A DNA stretch of 63,999 nucleotides, counting the filler, from Asterionella formosa (taxonomy: Eukaryota), in the NCBI GenBank assembly GCA_002256025.1. It is 14 parts of 14 records of this genome, joined end to end, with 100 filler letters (N's around TTAATTAATTAA, not from the genome) between each part and the next. Parts side by side here need not be neighbours in the genome. Positions count along the whole stretch, not along the records: positions 9,200 to 13,700 come from NKIB01013491.1; positions 13,801 to 18,290 come from NKIB01013492.1; positions 18,391 to 22,881 come from NKIB01013493.1; positions 22,982 to 27,473 come from NKIB01013495.1; 10 more parts are not named here. One strand, given 5' to 3'. The translations under genes were made by a program, and so were the position numbers. Of this stretch, positions 12,608 through 26,506 are shown piece after piece. Position 1 is the stretch's first letter. The number at the start of each line of letters is the position of its first letter. The notes beneath the pieces are model-generated. The model worked only from the letters and a program-made list of their open reading frames with translations. It searched no databases and was not told the DNA's origin.

Positions 12608-13700
12608 ATGTCGTCAAGCAACAGTAACAAGAAGAATGATGACGGTGGAGCTAAGAAGAAGGAACCCAGCGACACCCTGGATGAGAAGAAGCCCCCTGCT
12701 TTGTCGACTTTCCAAAAAGGAACTCATTGTGACGAGGAAGTATCGTCGTTCCTCGCAGAGAAGCGCCTTATTTCTGGGAGAAGTTGTGCACCAGTGCAAA
12801 TGAAAAAGAAGTTGACACCCACATCTTCAGAAAAGGATGATCCAGATTCCAGCAGATTTCCAATCTCTGCCAACATGTCTAATTCAAACATCATTACTCC
12901 TCAAGACAAGCAAGACGGTGTGGACAAAAGTTCATACGTAATTGCTGCTACTCCTGCCACCGCTGGCCAATATCATGCCCACCCTTTTGCAGAAGAAGCA
13001 AAGGAGGAAGAGTTGGAAGACGCTACTTTATTGGATTATCTGGCGGCAGTGCGTAAAGTTTCCAAGAAGTCTGTTGACTACAGCAATGAAACACAAAGGC
13101 AAGAAAAAGTTGAAAAAGAAGACAATAAAGCCAATACCTCGCAAGAGATACCAGATTTCCCTCAAGATGACAACCATTCTTCTGGTATCTTTGTCACAGT
13201 ACTCTCATCAACAGTTCCAATTCAAGAAGTCATGGCACCACCACCACATCAGGCACTTCCTGGTGCGTTTCCAGTATAGGGACTAGGGACATCTCCACAG
13301 AACTATTCCTTTGTGAATGGTAATGTTGACTTTGTCACCAATGAGATTAGGAGTGAACATGGCCAGCTGGAACCTGCAACACTATTCAATGCTGAGCTTG
13401 TGGTTAATCCAGAACTTGCCAGTGCCTCCCTTGTTGACATTGAAGCAGAAGAAAAAGCCCAGTGTCGACGTCAAGTTAGAACTGCATTGGTGCTACTTTT
13501 GGTAATTGGCATCTTAGTTTCTGTAATTGCTATTCCCATTGAGCTCCTGAAACCAGAACCATCTTTCAACACCCCACATCCATCAGAAACTCCATCAGCA
13601 AGCCCAAGTGAAAATTGGGTAGGATTCATTGTTGAAAATTCGTTTGATAATGGAGCAGCACTTTCAACTCCTGGCACCTCACAGGAGAAGGCACTGACAT
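12608..13700 (+). pseudogene. Diatom-type single-pass LRR-receptor-like gene, N-terminal half, with one in-frame TAG
   Basis: ORFs 12551-13279 and 13313-13700 are in the same frame, separated by TAG at 13277-79. Architecture: disordered N-terminus, PGAF motif, AELV, TM helix (ALVLLLVIGILVSVIAI), P/S/T stalk, then SFDNGAAL..PGTSQEKAL. The LRRs themselves are not seen because the scaffold ends. Confidence 0.6.
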
Positions 13701-13929
13701 NNNNNNNNNNNNNNNNNNNNNNNNNNNNNNNNNNNNNNNNNNNNTTAATTAATTAANNNNNNNNNNNNNNNNNNNNNNNNNNNNNNNNNNNNNNNNNNNN
13801 CAGCATGACAAGGAACATGAAAGGCATTTGCTCTTGACTTCTTACCATCAATTGATTCCGCCCTTCTCTTCTAAGCCGCAAGTATCATTGTGCTTTATTA
13901 TCACTTTCGTCTTCTGCGTCATCATCTGT

Positions 13930-14560
13930 GTTAATCCTTAAATTCAGGAGCAAAGTGTATGCATGACAAGGAACCACATGAAAACATGATTTCAAATGTT
14001 TCAGCCATGAATACATATATATATAAAGATTTGCAAGAAGTTTAAATGTATACATAGTTGAAGATTTGCATAGCTTTAAACACGCTCATTATATGGCACA
14101 TCCTGTGTATACTAATATCAATTTTGATAATAAATAATACAAATAAATACAATGCATGATGAGTTCATAGTTTTCCAGGACCTGTTGAGTTTTTTCAATT
14201 TTTGTTGCGTCAATTCTTGTACCTACAAGTCAGTGGCTGATTTAATTAAGCCCCTTAATAAACGGGAGTCATCACCAATTTTTCAAATGGTCGAAATCAT
14301 ACATTTATGTATATAGACATATTGACCAAAAATCATATGGCCTATCGGTAGTACTGTATAATTGCTGGTAATTACTTTTATCATGGAAATACCACAATAG
14401 TGCAGCGGAAAACTGAATATGTTCATGTGTTTAGGATTATTTGATCATATTTTTAAGATCAATTGATCCTGATTCTTGAAAATAAATGTTGATCGTTCAT
14501 TTTCTCATCAACGACACCGTCGTTCATCATATGATCAATATGTTATGATCAAAGTTATAG
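13930..14560 (-). repeat. AT-rich interspersed repeat family C
   Basis: Shares the motif ATGACTCCCG(C/T)(C/T)AATTGAGGGGCT and downstream GTGGAAAACAATG...CATGCATTG with about 34010-34680(-), 43960-44520, 58082-59010 and 60548-61440. Boundaries are approximate. Confidence 0.65.
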
Positions 14561-14870
14561 GATAAACGAATCTAAATTCATTGATTAAAGATCATAGTTT
14601 ATACCGGAGTAGTTGCTCATGCATGCAACCCCTTCCTCCCCCTGTATACAGTACGGAAGTGATAACCCCCAACCTACCAATTTTTTATGTCTTGTAAGAA
14701 TTATCACAGCAGGCATGCATACATGGTGGTGACTCCTACTGGTATATACAATGCAGAAATGATGACCACCAGACTACCAATCCTATAGGTCCTGTAGAAT
14801 TATCGCAACATGGCTGCATATCTAATGAAAGGGCAGGAGGAGTCATCCATGCATCTGTATAGTAATATGG

Positions 14871-17800
14871 AAATGATCAAATATAGCAAGTCTACACAAG
14901 GAGCAGTGCATCAGCATATATGCCCTGCTGTTACTATTTTTTTAATTCCTATGAAATCTCTTGATCTGTTCTCCGTTTTTTCGCCACAATTGCTTTCATT
15001 GGTTGTTTCACTGGACAGCATTCGAATTGATTGTGCTTTGAACAAAGCAATGATCAAAGTCCACCACATTGCAGAATGGTGAGTCTCACAACTAAGTATC
15101 AGCCAGTCGATTAAAATTGGACTGTCTTTTGTGCACCCTAGCTCGTTGTGTTTGTACTTGACTTGGCAGCTGTCAGCCAAGAGCAGCCATGGCATGCCAC
15201 CATTTATTGTCTATACAAGTTTCGAATGCGTTCAGCTATGACAACTTTTGCTCCCCCATCCTAGACACAATCTCACCAGCACCCTTGTCATCGATTTTTC
15301 TTTATCCTTTGGCTTCACAGGCCCAGGTTACTCAATGCCTTCATCTGCAAGGAGTTCAGCCAAGCAGGGCCACATTGGTGTCAAGAAAACCTCAACCCCG
15401 ATTTTCCTCACATGCTCCACCCATTGACTTCTTCATTGATGAAGTCGAGGTAGCTATATTGATTTCAGGTGGCGCAGAATTGTGTATAGCTAGATAGATG
15501 ATGCCGAAAGCATTGCTTCCTTTTCCGGTAGGCACCTATTTGTCAACATTGTTTGTTTCAATCTATTCTTGTTCCCGCAAGACCAGAAGCAATTATCCCT
15601 TTACTTCTCTTCCCAAGAACCATTCAATTCAAGAAACAAGCAACTCATTGAGATTTCTGGAGGTCTCGGTCAGTGACACCATAAAGCAACAATCAACAGA
15701 TCATGGCGGCTGTTCTCCATTTTCTGTAGCAAGTGACATTCAAGAAGAGTCTGGGATCATTGGGGAGAAAAATAAGTTGGATTCTCTGTGTTTGCCCCCG
15801 ACCGTTTGGCAGCCATTCTACCATTGCTTCCTCTCAATCAATACTAGTATAACTAATGAAAACCGTCATTAGATGAAACTTGACTTCTGGTTTCTAATAT
15901 TTTACATTGTTGCACTACTGAAACTTGAATCCATAAATGGGCATTCAACTTGTGCTTGCTTCTTGCATTTTTGCACTATAGACTGGGTGGTGGGCGATAA
16001 GCCAAGCAAAGTATCTCTCTTTTCATGAACATCTACAAGCTACTAGTGCTTTTGTCGAGGTTTGTGTCTAATACCAACTGCTGCCATCCATTGAAATATT
16101 CCAGATACATCAAAGAATAGCTACGCTCTTGTCTCTAAAGGTAAGGAACTAGAACGATGACAAAGAAAATCTAATGAGACATGAAAATTACGAAACCAGA
16201 ATCACTCTGCTACTATAAATAGACAGTCTCATGCTTCTTTGTGCATATGGCCTGCTATGCTGCGTTTCAATTCTAGATGTGTTACGTTCTTGTTAGAGAG
16301 ACGATGTTACGGAGAAGTAGATTGTGCTGTTCTATAATGGATGTTGTTTAGCTATGATTGAGGTTGCAACACTGATTGATGGTCTGGTGACAGACCGGCC
16401 GGAAATATTCGTCTTGTGTGATGAGCCATTTCGTTTTCATTGGATTTCTTTTCAAGCTCTAAACGGATCGCATACAAACATACTGTGCAATGTAGATGAT
16501 GATTTATCGAAGACATATGATGACTTGAATGACAAATGAAGATTTTATCACAAACACTCGTTCCTCTCGACAAGGCTGGTTTGTTGTTGTTGCAAGAATC
16601 AGAGTGAGGACTGGCAAGGATGAAGAGCCAAACCACAAAGAAATGATCAAATATAGCTAGTCTACACAAGGAGCAGTGCATCATATATGCCCTGTTATTT
16701 TAATTCCTATGAAATCTCTTGATCTGTTGTGAGCTTTTTCGCCACAATTGCTTTCATTGGTTGTTTCACTGGACAGCATTCGAATTGATTGTGCTTTGAA
16801 CGAAGCAATGATCAAAGTCCACCCCATTGCAGAATGGTGAGTCTCACAACTAAGTATCAGCCAGCAGTCGATTAAAATTGGACTGTCTTTTGTGCACCCT
16901 CGCTCGTTGTGTTTGTACTTTACTTGGCAGCTGTCAGCCAAGAGCAGCCATGGCATGCCATCATCTATTGTCTATACCAGTTTTGAATGCGTTCAGCCAT
17001 GATAACTTTTGCTCCCCCTGTTTCCTAAACACTATCTCACCACCCTTGTCATAGATTTTTCTTTATCCTTTGGTTTCACAGGCTCAGGTAACTCAATGCA
17101 TTCATCTGCAAGGAGTTCAGCCAAGTAGGGCCACGTTGGCGTCAAGAAAACCTCAACCCCGATTTTCCTCACATGCTCCACCCATTGACTTCTTCATTGA
17201 TGAAGTCGAGGTAGCTATATTGATTTCAGGTGGCGCAGAATTGTGTATAGCTAGATAGATGATGCCGAAAGCATTGCTTCCTTTTCCGGTAGGCACCTAT
17301 TTGTCAACATTGTTTGTTTCAATCTATTCTTGTTCCCGCAAGACCAGAAGCAATTATCCCTTTACTTCTCCTCCCAAGAACCTTCATTTCTCTTTCACAA
17401 TTGTCCTGATGATTGCAGAGCATTTTTAGTTTGATTTTTCCACTGGTCTCGATCCCTTTTGCATTCAAGTCAAGAAACAAGCAACTCATTGAGATTTCTG
17501 GAGGTCTCGGTCATTGACACCATAAAGCAACAATCAACAGATCATGGCGGCTGTTCTCCATTTTCTGTAGCAAGTGACATTCAAGAAGAGTCTGGGATCA
17601 TTGGGGAGAAAAATTAGTAGGATTCTCTGTGTTTGCCCCCGCCCGTTTGGCAGCCATTCTACCATTGCTTCCTCTCAATCAATACTAGTATAACTAATGA
17701 AAACCGTCATTAGATGAAACTTGACTTCTGGTTTCTAATATTTTACATTGTTGCACTACTGAAACTTGAATCCATAAATGGGCATTCAACTTGTGCTTGC

Positions 17801-18290
17801 TTCTTGCATTTTTGCACTATAGACTGGGTGGTGTTTGATAGGCCAAAGTGTCTCGCTTTTCATGAACATCTACAAGCTACTAGTGCTTTTGTCGAGGTTT
17901 GTATCTAAATCCAACTGCTGCCATCCATTGAAATATTCCAGATACATCAAAGAATAGCTACGCTCCTGTCTTTAAAGGTAAGGAACTAGAACGATGACAA
18001 AGAAAATCTAATGAGACATGAAAATTACGAAACCAGAATCACTCTGCTACTATAAATAGACAGTCTCATGCTTCTTTGTGCATATGGCCTGCTATGCTGC
18101 GTTTCAATTCTAGATGTATTACGTTCTTGTTAGAGAGACGATGTTACGGAGAAGTAGATTGTGCTGTTCTATAATGGATGTTGTTTAGCTAGGATTGAGG
18201 TTGTAACACTGATTGATGGTCTGGTGACAGACCGGCCGGAAATATTCGTCTTGTGTGATGAGCCATTTCGTTTTCATTGGATTTCTTTTC
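14871..18290. repeat. About 1.77-kb tandem duplication of a decayed coding-like segment (possible hAT transposase, minus strand)
   Basis: aaatgatcaaatatagc... starts at 14871 and 16641 and the copies are colinear to the scaffold end. Minus-strand WWTL...SIRMLSSETTNESNC loosely resembles the hAT dimerisation motif. The duplication is certain; the hAT call is weak. Confidence 0.85.
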
Positions 18291-18390
18291 NNNNNNNNNN
18301 NNNNNNNNNNNNNNNNNNNNNNNNNNNNNNNNNNTTAATTAATTAANNNNNNNNNNNNNNNNNNNNNNNNNNNNNNNNNNNNNNNNNNNN

Positions 18391-18452
18391 GCTGACTGCT
18401 GACATGAAATTGCTGACTGCTGACATGAAATCGCTGACTGCTGACTTGAAAT
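18391..18452. repeat. 21-bp tandem repeat, 3 copies, at scaffold edge
   Basis: gctgactgctgacatgaaat(t/c) units. Confidence 0.85.
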
Positions 18453-18974
18453 CGATTTGCCTTGCTTTCCCCCCAAAATATCATGACTGACCGGCTGCAG
18501 AAATATGATCCTGAGAATGAGATAACATGCGCTATAAAGAAGATCCATGTCACAAACATACCACATATCATCGCAAACTTGCATCAGTACTCAACCTTCT
18601 GAAATCAACAGTATTCTACATCGCCAGAGACCCCCGATACTAGGGGGAAATCATTAGAGCGCATATGAATGCTGTCCATCCGAAGGTAGACTAACAGAAG
18701 AATGTAAGAATACTAGTCGTCGGGTTTTAATTGCGTTAACCAGCATCTACATTTGAATCGCCATGTTACTTTTTCTTTAGTTTATTTCAGTGATTGAATA
18801 ATTATGTGATTACACCAATAAATATGTGTGTTCGCAGCAATATGCATATGTTGACCAACTAGCCATCATGACAGTATAATAGTGATGATATTATGCTGCT
18901 CCACATCAATATTATGCTGCTTACACCATATAATGAAATAAAGAGTGTCACCAATTCCGATTCCCTCATCATGG

Positions 18975-19290
18975 TATTCTCCTTTTCGGAGCGAGCAGCT
19001 ACAAATATTCTACAGCGATAAGAACTCTAGCAAGTACAGTATAGAAAAGCAAAGAGGCAAAGGATGAGGAGCTGTCAATAACCGCCCGATTTTATAAATT
19101 TCTATAGAAACAGCTGTTGCATATTTTAGCATTCCTAACATGTCGCCGTACTGACTCGAAATTAAGATGTGCCGCAATGATATTCTCCTTTTAGGAGCGG
19201 CTACAAATAGTCTACAGCAATAACTCTAGCAAGTACAATACAGAAAAAGAAGCAAAGGATGAGGAGCTGTCAACGACCGATTTTATATTT
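18975..19290. repeat. Diverged direct repeat of about 120 bp (spacing about 205 bp)
   Basis: tattctccttt...ctctagcaagtaca...gcaaaggatgaggagctgtcaa at about 18975 and about 19181. Confidence 0.8.
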
Positions 19291-19539
19291 TAGTATTCAT
19301 TGCATGTCGCCATAGTGACTTGAAAATCTGGGATCTACCGCCAATCAAAAGCTTCTCTAAACTATTGGCTGGATAAACCTTCACAAGTAATATGGTAGGT
19401 TGAAAGATGAGGCAAAGGATGATTAGTAGTAGTTATTGTGATAAGTTTGGTTCCTACATCATATGCCAAATTGACAAGATTCAATTCGTGAATATTGAAA
19501 TTCATTTTCACTAAACTGGTGTTCAATTTCGTGGGGAAT

Positions 19540-20030
19540 GGCTTGGTGGTTACCACACCTTTTGACTCCCTCGCGGGAAAAGCACAGAGGTGCAACTTTT
19601 GCAGCAAACCTCCGATTACATCGTATACCGGTATTATCTTACCCAGTCATGGTGCCACTCTGTGATTGGATGAGCAGTGGGTCACGAGCCACCTCCCCAC
19701 AGCCCTGTGGGAAGCAAACTATTGAGAAGCATTTCAACAGTATCATAGTATCATCCATAAAATGGGCTTGGAAACCCAAGAAATCTACGACATGGTGGAT
19801 TGGCCATCTCGTCAGCACGCTGGGCTGAAACTTGGACCTTCCCAAAAATCACTACATTCAAGCTGGTGGAATTCGACCTCTTAGCCACAATGAAAAGGAG
19901 AAAAAAGTACGTACCAAAAAATAGATGGTAGATGCCCACGTTGCGGCAGATTTCACGAAGACTTCAACCATGAGGTTGAATGTCCCTATACCACTGAAGA
20001 ACGAGTAACAGCGTGGAAAGCGTTTATGAC
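19540..20030 (+). mobile_element. Non-LTR retrotransposon ORF2 remnant (CCHC region)
   Basis: Manual translation HGATL*LDEQWVTSHLPTALWEA...EIYDMVDW...GRCPRCGRFHEDFNHEVEC contains the LINE Cx2C...H...C knuckle. Confidence 0.65.
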
Positions 20031-20156
20031 GTCTGCAAACAAAAACCATCTTATTACCATGATGCATCATAGGATTATGATCATCTGATCATAATTTTTC
20101 GTTGTATCATCTAATAATATTGATAAATGCCCTTGTAATTTAAATAGTAACCCTTT
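20030..20156 (+). repeat. About 126-bp dispersed repeat (second copy 50264-50391)
   Basis: gtctgcaaa...gatgcatcataggattatgatcatctgatcataattttt...aaatagtaaccctt is near-identical in both places. Confidence 0.85.
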
Positions 20157-20419
20157 AGACTATGTATATTTAATTATTATATATGTTGTTTCTATTAGGT
20201 TCCTTTATTTAAATTTCTTGGTAGGATAATGTACCAGCTAAAGTAATATACTTTGGCTCATCATCATCAGTCCTCACGCCGATTTTTGCAACAACAACGA
20301 AATACTGGCGATGACAAGTGAAAAGATTATTTGCGAAAACGTCTTGAATTGTTGGTCAAGTGATCATTATATCTTTGATAAATCATCATGTGCACTGAAC
20401 CTATGTTCATAATCATTCA

Positions 20420-21050
20420 ATTAAGAGTTTACAGAAAAGAAATCACACAAACTCGGAATGGCTCAGCACACTGCACACATAGTAAATCCGTTTCGTCAAC
20501 CACCAGGATTACAATCTCGCCAATCAGCTCGTAAACAAAAAATTCTACTTGTTCTTGTTGACATTTTAAATTCTCACATTCTACAGCATCTACAATTGAC
20601 ATTCAACATAGAAGGAGATACAAAAATGTAACAGACTGCTGTCCATATCATAGCTATATTTACAGAACGATTCTGATTAAAAATTTCTTTTGCTTATCTG
20701 GAGAATTGTTGAACGCATTTTCAAACCAAGTCGCGGAAGTTACTTCGTCATATATTTGTTCTCCAAAAGTTGTAAGTTTCACTTGTGGGTGACGTACAAA
20801 ATATTGCATGATATCGGAATCGCGTAGCAATGCTGCCATGAGCTGTCTTGGTTCGAAATCATGGAGTGTGCGTGGGATGACCATGATTGAATTGTTATCA
20901 ATCTGTATTTGTTTGGTCAACAGTTGACCACCAGCTTATGTTGGTGGAAATGAAAAATCCATGCGTTTTTTCAAAGTCTGGTAGGTTGGAGCTTGATATC
21001 TTTGATCAAAATATTTCATTGCTTTTGCCTTGAACAGCCAGTTCATTAGA
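20420..21050 (-). mobile_element. Degenerate Plavaka-like transposase
   Basis: LMAALLRDSDIMQYF...IYDEVTSATWF resembles the Plavaka E-x2-T-G/A-x-W motif, and ILVVDETDLLC...PFRVC follows downstream. Cys-rich remnants lie upstream to about 22440. Confidence 0.5.
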
Positions 21051-23199
21051 TGATCAAAGTACACTTGTGGAAGGTAATTCTCATTATGTAAAAACATGAT
21101 CTCTGATTCGATTTGATTGGATGCATGTTTAGAGAATGTTTACTTGGAAGTTGAAATTGAGGAGGAAGGGGCATTTCCATTGCATTTTCAGGGAGAAAGC
21201 CGGTGTGATCTTGAAAATCTGAATATTGCATGGTTTCTGCATTCAATCCTTGGAGAGTCTTTAGTCTCAATCAACATTAACTTCTTTCTTTGTATGATTC
21301 GATGAACTACCGCTATGCATAGTTTCATTATGTATTCCAGGAACTCGATGTTCTTGCATGAAGTGTCGACAGTGACCATATGCATAGAAAACACGGTTGC
21401 TACAATTTCGATTGTGAGACTCAGATGGGGATTTGTTCTTCCGAAATTTGTAGTTACACAGATAACACCATTGCAATGTCCGCAAAGAGCGACATTGCAA
21501 ATTTCAAATGATGAGAGTCAGGATATTAATAGGATAGAATGAAAATGAATAAATAATAATATATTTGGCATCACTCCAAACATGCTGTGCTGGACAATAA
21601 AGAGTCGTGAAATTATCCCTCCACCATAGTAGTAAAAATGGAGGAATACCGCTACATATAGTACAGGCAACACTACTAGTAGTATAGAGCAGCGTCAATG
21701 TTTTCTTAACATTTAGGATATGGTTTGGATTGTAGAAGTCTTACTTACTATATTTATTATGTAACTAAGTATGCATTCGATTCTATTAGATCCATTCAAA
21801 ATCAATGTCGTCATCAATGTCCCGTTGATTAATGCGGCCATTGTAATCAATATTCTTCTCAGGAACATTTGGTTGAAGTGGTTCAACATATTGATGCATA
21901 TCCTCTTCACTTACGTTGGGAAATGAGAAGTATGAGTGTGGGTAGATGAGATTTGTGGTGGAAGTAGCAATTCCACTAAGATTCCTTTCATATTCAGATC
22001 GATTCTCTTGTGAAAGTCCAGTGTATATTTCCTTATAATTAACGAGTAAATCATCAGTCCATTGATCAGTGAGACCATTTGAAACTGAACTTTCTTCCCT
22101 CACACTTTTTTTGATAAGTGGCTTCCCACCTATGTCGACAAAATCAGTAGAATGTCGAATATCGTTCTCTGAAATTTCCTGCGTATCTGAATTGAAACCC
22201 AAATATTTTTGTTGCAATCGGAAGTTTCCTTTCAGCACCAAGAAGCAAAATGCTTCTGTATGCTGGTCAAGATGGATTTGCTGTCTCATCGTCCCCATAC
22301 CACAGGCAGCAGTACATTCACACATGCAAGTACTGGTAGTACCTAGAAGTGTGTATGCCAAATGCCAAGCATACATAGCATATTTACGTATGATATAGCA
22401 GGCTAGTTCATATAATTGTAGATGACCTGATAGTACTAACAATATAGATTTTCCCTTATTAGTAAAAATAGTAGATGGTAACTCTTGGTGATGTCCTCAA
22501 GTTGTCGTGCTGACTCTGACTGGTGGTGCGGCTCTTTTGTGTATCACATCTAATCACTTTTTATTTAGATTATTCATGCACATAGTAGGTAGGATATGTA
22601 TGTCGTCCTCATTATCCCGTTGCTGGCTTGCTTACACATCATGTTTCGATGATTTTCTGTTGCATGGGAAGAATTGTTTTTGTTACTGTCAGCTAGTTCT
22701 TCCAGTTCTTCGAGATCCTCAGATCAAGACTCCTTGGAGGAGGATTCATCTGACAATAGATCTGTAGAAATTTCTTCAAATGAGAGTGATTCCGGTCCGG
22801 ACAAGGAAATGGTTGAGGACAGAAGCATAGAACTCATGATCTTTTCACCTGCAGGCACAACACCAGCACAAGCTGACTTTTNNNNNNNNNNNNNNNNNNN
22901 NNNNNNNNNNNNNNNNNNNNNNNNNTTAATTAATTAANNNNNNNNNNNNNNNNNNNNNNNNNNNNNNNNNNNNNNNNNNNNTCCAAAATTTATGTGGGTT
23001 TATAAATAATTTATGGAAGTTGTCGAAACTATTTTAGTTCACTCCTATCAAAACATTCTATGATGCATCACATCTTTTATTTGATGTCATACCCTTATAT
23101 TATGTTTGTAGCCCAATTTTTCCTAGTGGGCTGGCCACCCAAATTTTTAATTTGGGTGATCATATTTGACTAGCATTTTTTCTGGCGGCAGTACCAATA

Positions 23200-24900
23200 A
23201 TTGGCGTTGTAGATGTGTTAAGTCACTCTCTTCCTACAAAAAGATCAAGAAAAAGGTATTGAACCATTTTCAGGAGCAACGAATGTATGTTGATGAATAT
23301 TCTATGCAGAGTTTAGACGAGGTGCAAGTCGGATGGCTATTTGGCAAAAGCAGTTTTGCGGTGTCAGCAGATGGGACCAAGAAGTGGCTCGATTCTTTGT
23401 TGAGTCCATTGCTGATGTCCTGGACTTCCAAGTCAGAAGCCAAGGCATAAAGTATTCTCAATTTGGGATTGAGACAAAAACCTTTGCATATGTGATAAGC
23501 ACTAGTCGAGACACATCCCAAGCCACCTATACAGCCATGACAAAAATATTCCCCATCAGATCAGGAGATTACACTGTGGGTTTTGTTGGGTATCAGGCAC
23601 AAAACTTTGCTGTCACACAGGACATGGATGTAAATCAATATTATGTTCAACAAAAATGGCTGACGACCAAGCAAGCTCAGGACAAAATTGATGGCAGGGT
23701 TCCAGGACATTGACACATCGCTAGTACTTCAGGGAGAAACAACTGCATTTCGCCACTTCTTGATGGGAGCAGTCGACTCGACAGGCAACTGTCTCCTGTG
23801 TGACGCAGACTACACATTGACTGGAGTACCGATAATCATCTTCCCGACAGCACACGAAGCATTGGCATTGAAACATACAAGAGAATTCAACAAATTAATC
23901 CTGAAAGAATATTCAATGGCACCACTCCCCCTACATATTTTATGAAACAGGTACCCATCGGGGGAGCAAGAACTATCGAGGAAAATCAGCAGGTAAAAGT
24001 ATTGCTCGCAAGATTCAAGAAGTCGGAAATACCAACTTCTATCGCTGGTCAGCAGACGCAGTGGGCACAAACGAAGCTAGTCAACTGCCAAGGAATAGTG
24101 CGCAGGATCCAAGATACCCAAGAAAGAAGCCTGTTACATCCTCAGAGGTCACAGCAGCCATGGCCATTATAGAGCAACTAACTATGGAAACCGATGTGCA
24201 AACTGGCCTACAGGAGAGTCGACAGAAAGAGCTGCACACACAAATAGCAACAACAGATGGACAACTGGCCAAACTCCACGTCTCTGCTTTGACATCCCAA
24301 GCCAGTTTAAATGAAGCAACGTTACTATCGCTCACTAAAACCATGGAGAAATTGGTAGAAGCCTTGGATAAAGTAGGTGTAAATATTGATGAAGATTCAG
24401 TACATGAACAGGAAAAAGATAAACAAATTCAGAATAGCACAACAGCAAAAGATGATACATCTTCGTCATCATCAGGTGACCAAGACACTCAACCAGAACG
24501 TGTGAAATACACAACAATGGATACTAGTGATGCCATGGAGGATTACAAGATAAGCCCAACATATACACAGTGGCGAATGGTAGCAGAACAGTGGTATTTG
24601 ACAAGACAGGCAAGAAAAAAAGAGCTAAAAAGGGCGAGTCCAAACTACGGATGAAAAATAGTGAGGATATCTTTGCAGGGGGGGACTCTTCAGACAATGA
24701 CAAAACCAGAATATCGTCCAACAAAATGGAATTCTTCTCAGAAAACTACGAGTTCAGACAGTGAACAGTCAGGAGAAGATTCAAGTCAGTCATCGACGAT
24801 AGCACTGGTCAAAATCGGCAAACGCGCAAAGCAGATTCCGATAGTAGTAGTAGCCAATTTGAGACAGACATGGACAATCATTTCATTGTTGCAAGACTTG
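23200..24900 (+). mobile_element. Degenerate ORF, probably ORF1 of a diatom non-LTR retrotransposon
   Basis: Chain of frameshifted ORF pieces (VQVGWLFG..., AGFQDIDTSL..., then coiled-coil and low-complexity tail). Family assignment is from recalled similarity only. Confidence 0.4.
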
Positions 24901-26114
24901 ATGGCTGCCCACAATAATCATCCTCTTGGCAAATGCTTATTGCGCTTGGTAGGCCTGCTTGCAGGCAGGAAGTCATTGAATAGTTGATGCAGGTTGAAAT
25001 GCACAAGCTAAGCAAGTTAAGTAGTAAAGCATGTTTGATAATATTAAATTTAATGTTTTTTCTTTTTTCTTTGTTTTGCTACTACTATATTATTTCCATT
25101 TGTCAGAAATCTTTCCCTTCTGTCCATCATGCCCACAGACGTTGGCTTTACTCAGCAGAACCATGTTTAATGTTTGACAGCTTATCGCTCCAGCTTTCCC
25201 TTCTTCGAACAAAACTCCAATCAATTAGAATTTCATTTTCAATGAATCTGTCAGTAAACCCAAATATATTTTTTAATTATTGATTCAAGAACTCAATACC
25301 AGCTATATTGGTTTTCGTTTTGACAAGTGGATGCAACTTAAAATTGTATTGCATTTCTCGAGTTGAGCTGGCTGTCAGTGGACCAACAATGTATCTCGGT
25401 TTCAAATTTATGAATTAATAAACTTCGTCATGATGATGAAATTATCCTACAAATCAAAAAGGATAGTATGTTTTAAAGCCCATTCGAAATCCCCTATTTG
25501 CTTGTAGGCAAGTCTTTCATTGTGCTCAAACAACATATTCGCAGTTTAAATTATTTGACAAAAAGTTGAATTGTTTCATTGAGTTGAACTCTCAGCAGAC
25601 CCAAACCGAGTCTCACTTTTTATATTTTAATCATTAGCCTTCATGATATGACCCTTGATTATCCAACATAACAAAGCTGTTTCAAACCTACTAGTTGATG
25701 CAGACCTAATTATTTTATTTGGTTCAACTCTCAGCAAAACCAAATCGACTTTTGCTTTCCATATGAATCATTACTACTAGTCGTCATCACATAAAGATAG
25801 ATTATCCTGTACAACAAACAGTATATATGCACTTTTCGAATGAGTCGACAAACCTAACCGAACTGTTTGTTTTCGATTGAATGCTCATTGGATCCAAATT
25901 GAATTTCTCTTTCCATGTGAATTATCATTCTTCGTCATGACAATACTTTTTCAAACAAAGCTCAGCTCAAGTAGAATTGATTGTTTACATAATCTGTTAG
26001 CTATCCCCAAATTAGTTTTGCTTCACTTGTTTGCTTCCAGACCGTATGAATTCCTCTTCTTCATTGTGACCATAGATTTTCTCCAACAACTCAAAACATA
26101 ACAATAAAGTAGTC

Positions 26115-26283
26115 TACTGCCCTGGAATGACCGGTCAAGGTCTTTCTCACGCCACTCGTTTGCCTATTTTTCTGCTCTATATAAATTTTTAGTATTCTAT
26201 TGTTTTCCTTTAGACATTCTTCCGACTACATCTAGCCTTCGGACACCTGTCGACATCAACAGCCTAACAGACACATTCTGACA
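26115..26283 (+). repeat. 3' fragment of the Copia LTR family seen at 9381-10149
   Basis: Aligns with 9993-10149 and ends at the same ...cagcctaacagacaca(c/t)tctgaca terminus. Confidence 0.9.
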
Positions 26284-26506
26284 CTTGTGTACCAAGTGCC
26301 AGGTAGCTACGTGTCTACGCAGTTATGTATCGTTTGCTCACGCACGCAGATCCTAAAATATCACCAGACAAATACATCCACTATTTTTTCTACACTGTCA
26401 GCCAGTTCGTTGAGTCAATCCATGTCGGATTGATGACTATTCTTGAGCCCTCTCGACTCCTTCTTGTACTTGGGGCACTTCTTTGCAATAAATTCAATAG
26501 CGTATA

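Noticed and set aside
12102..12803. 233-aa ORF
   Set aside because: No ATG start, patchwork composition, and it overlaps the better-supported receptor-like frame.
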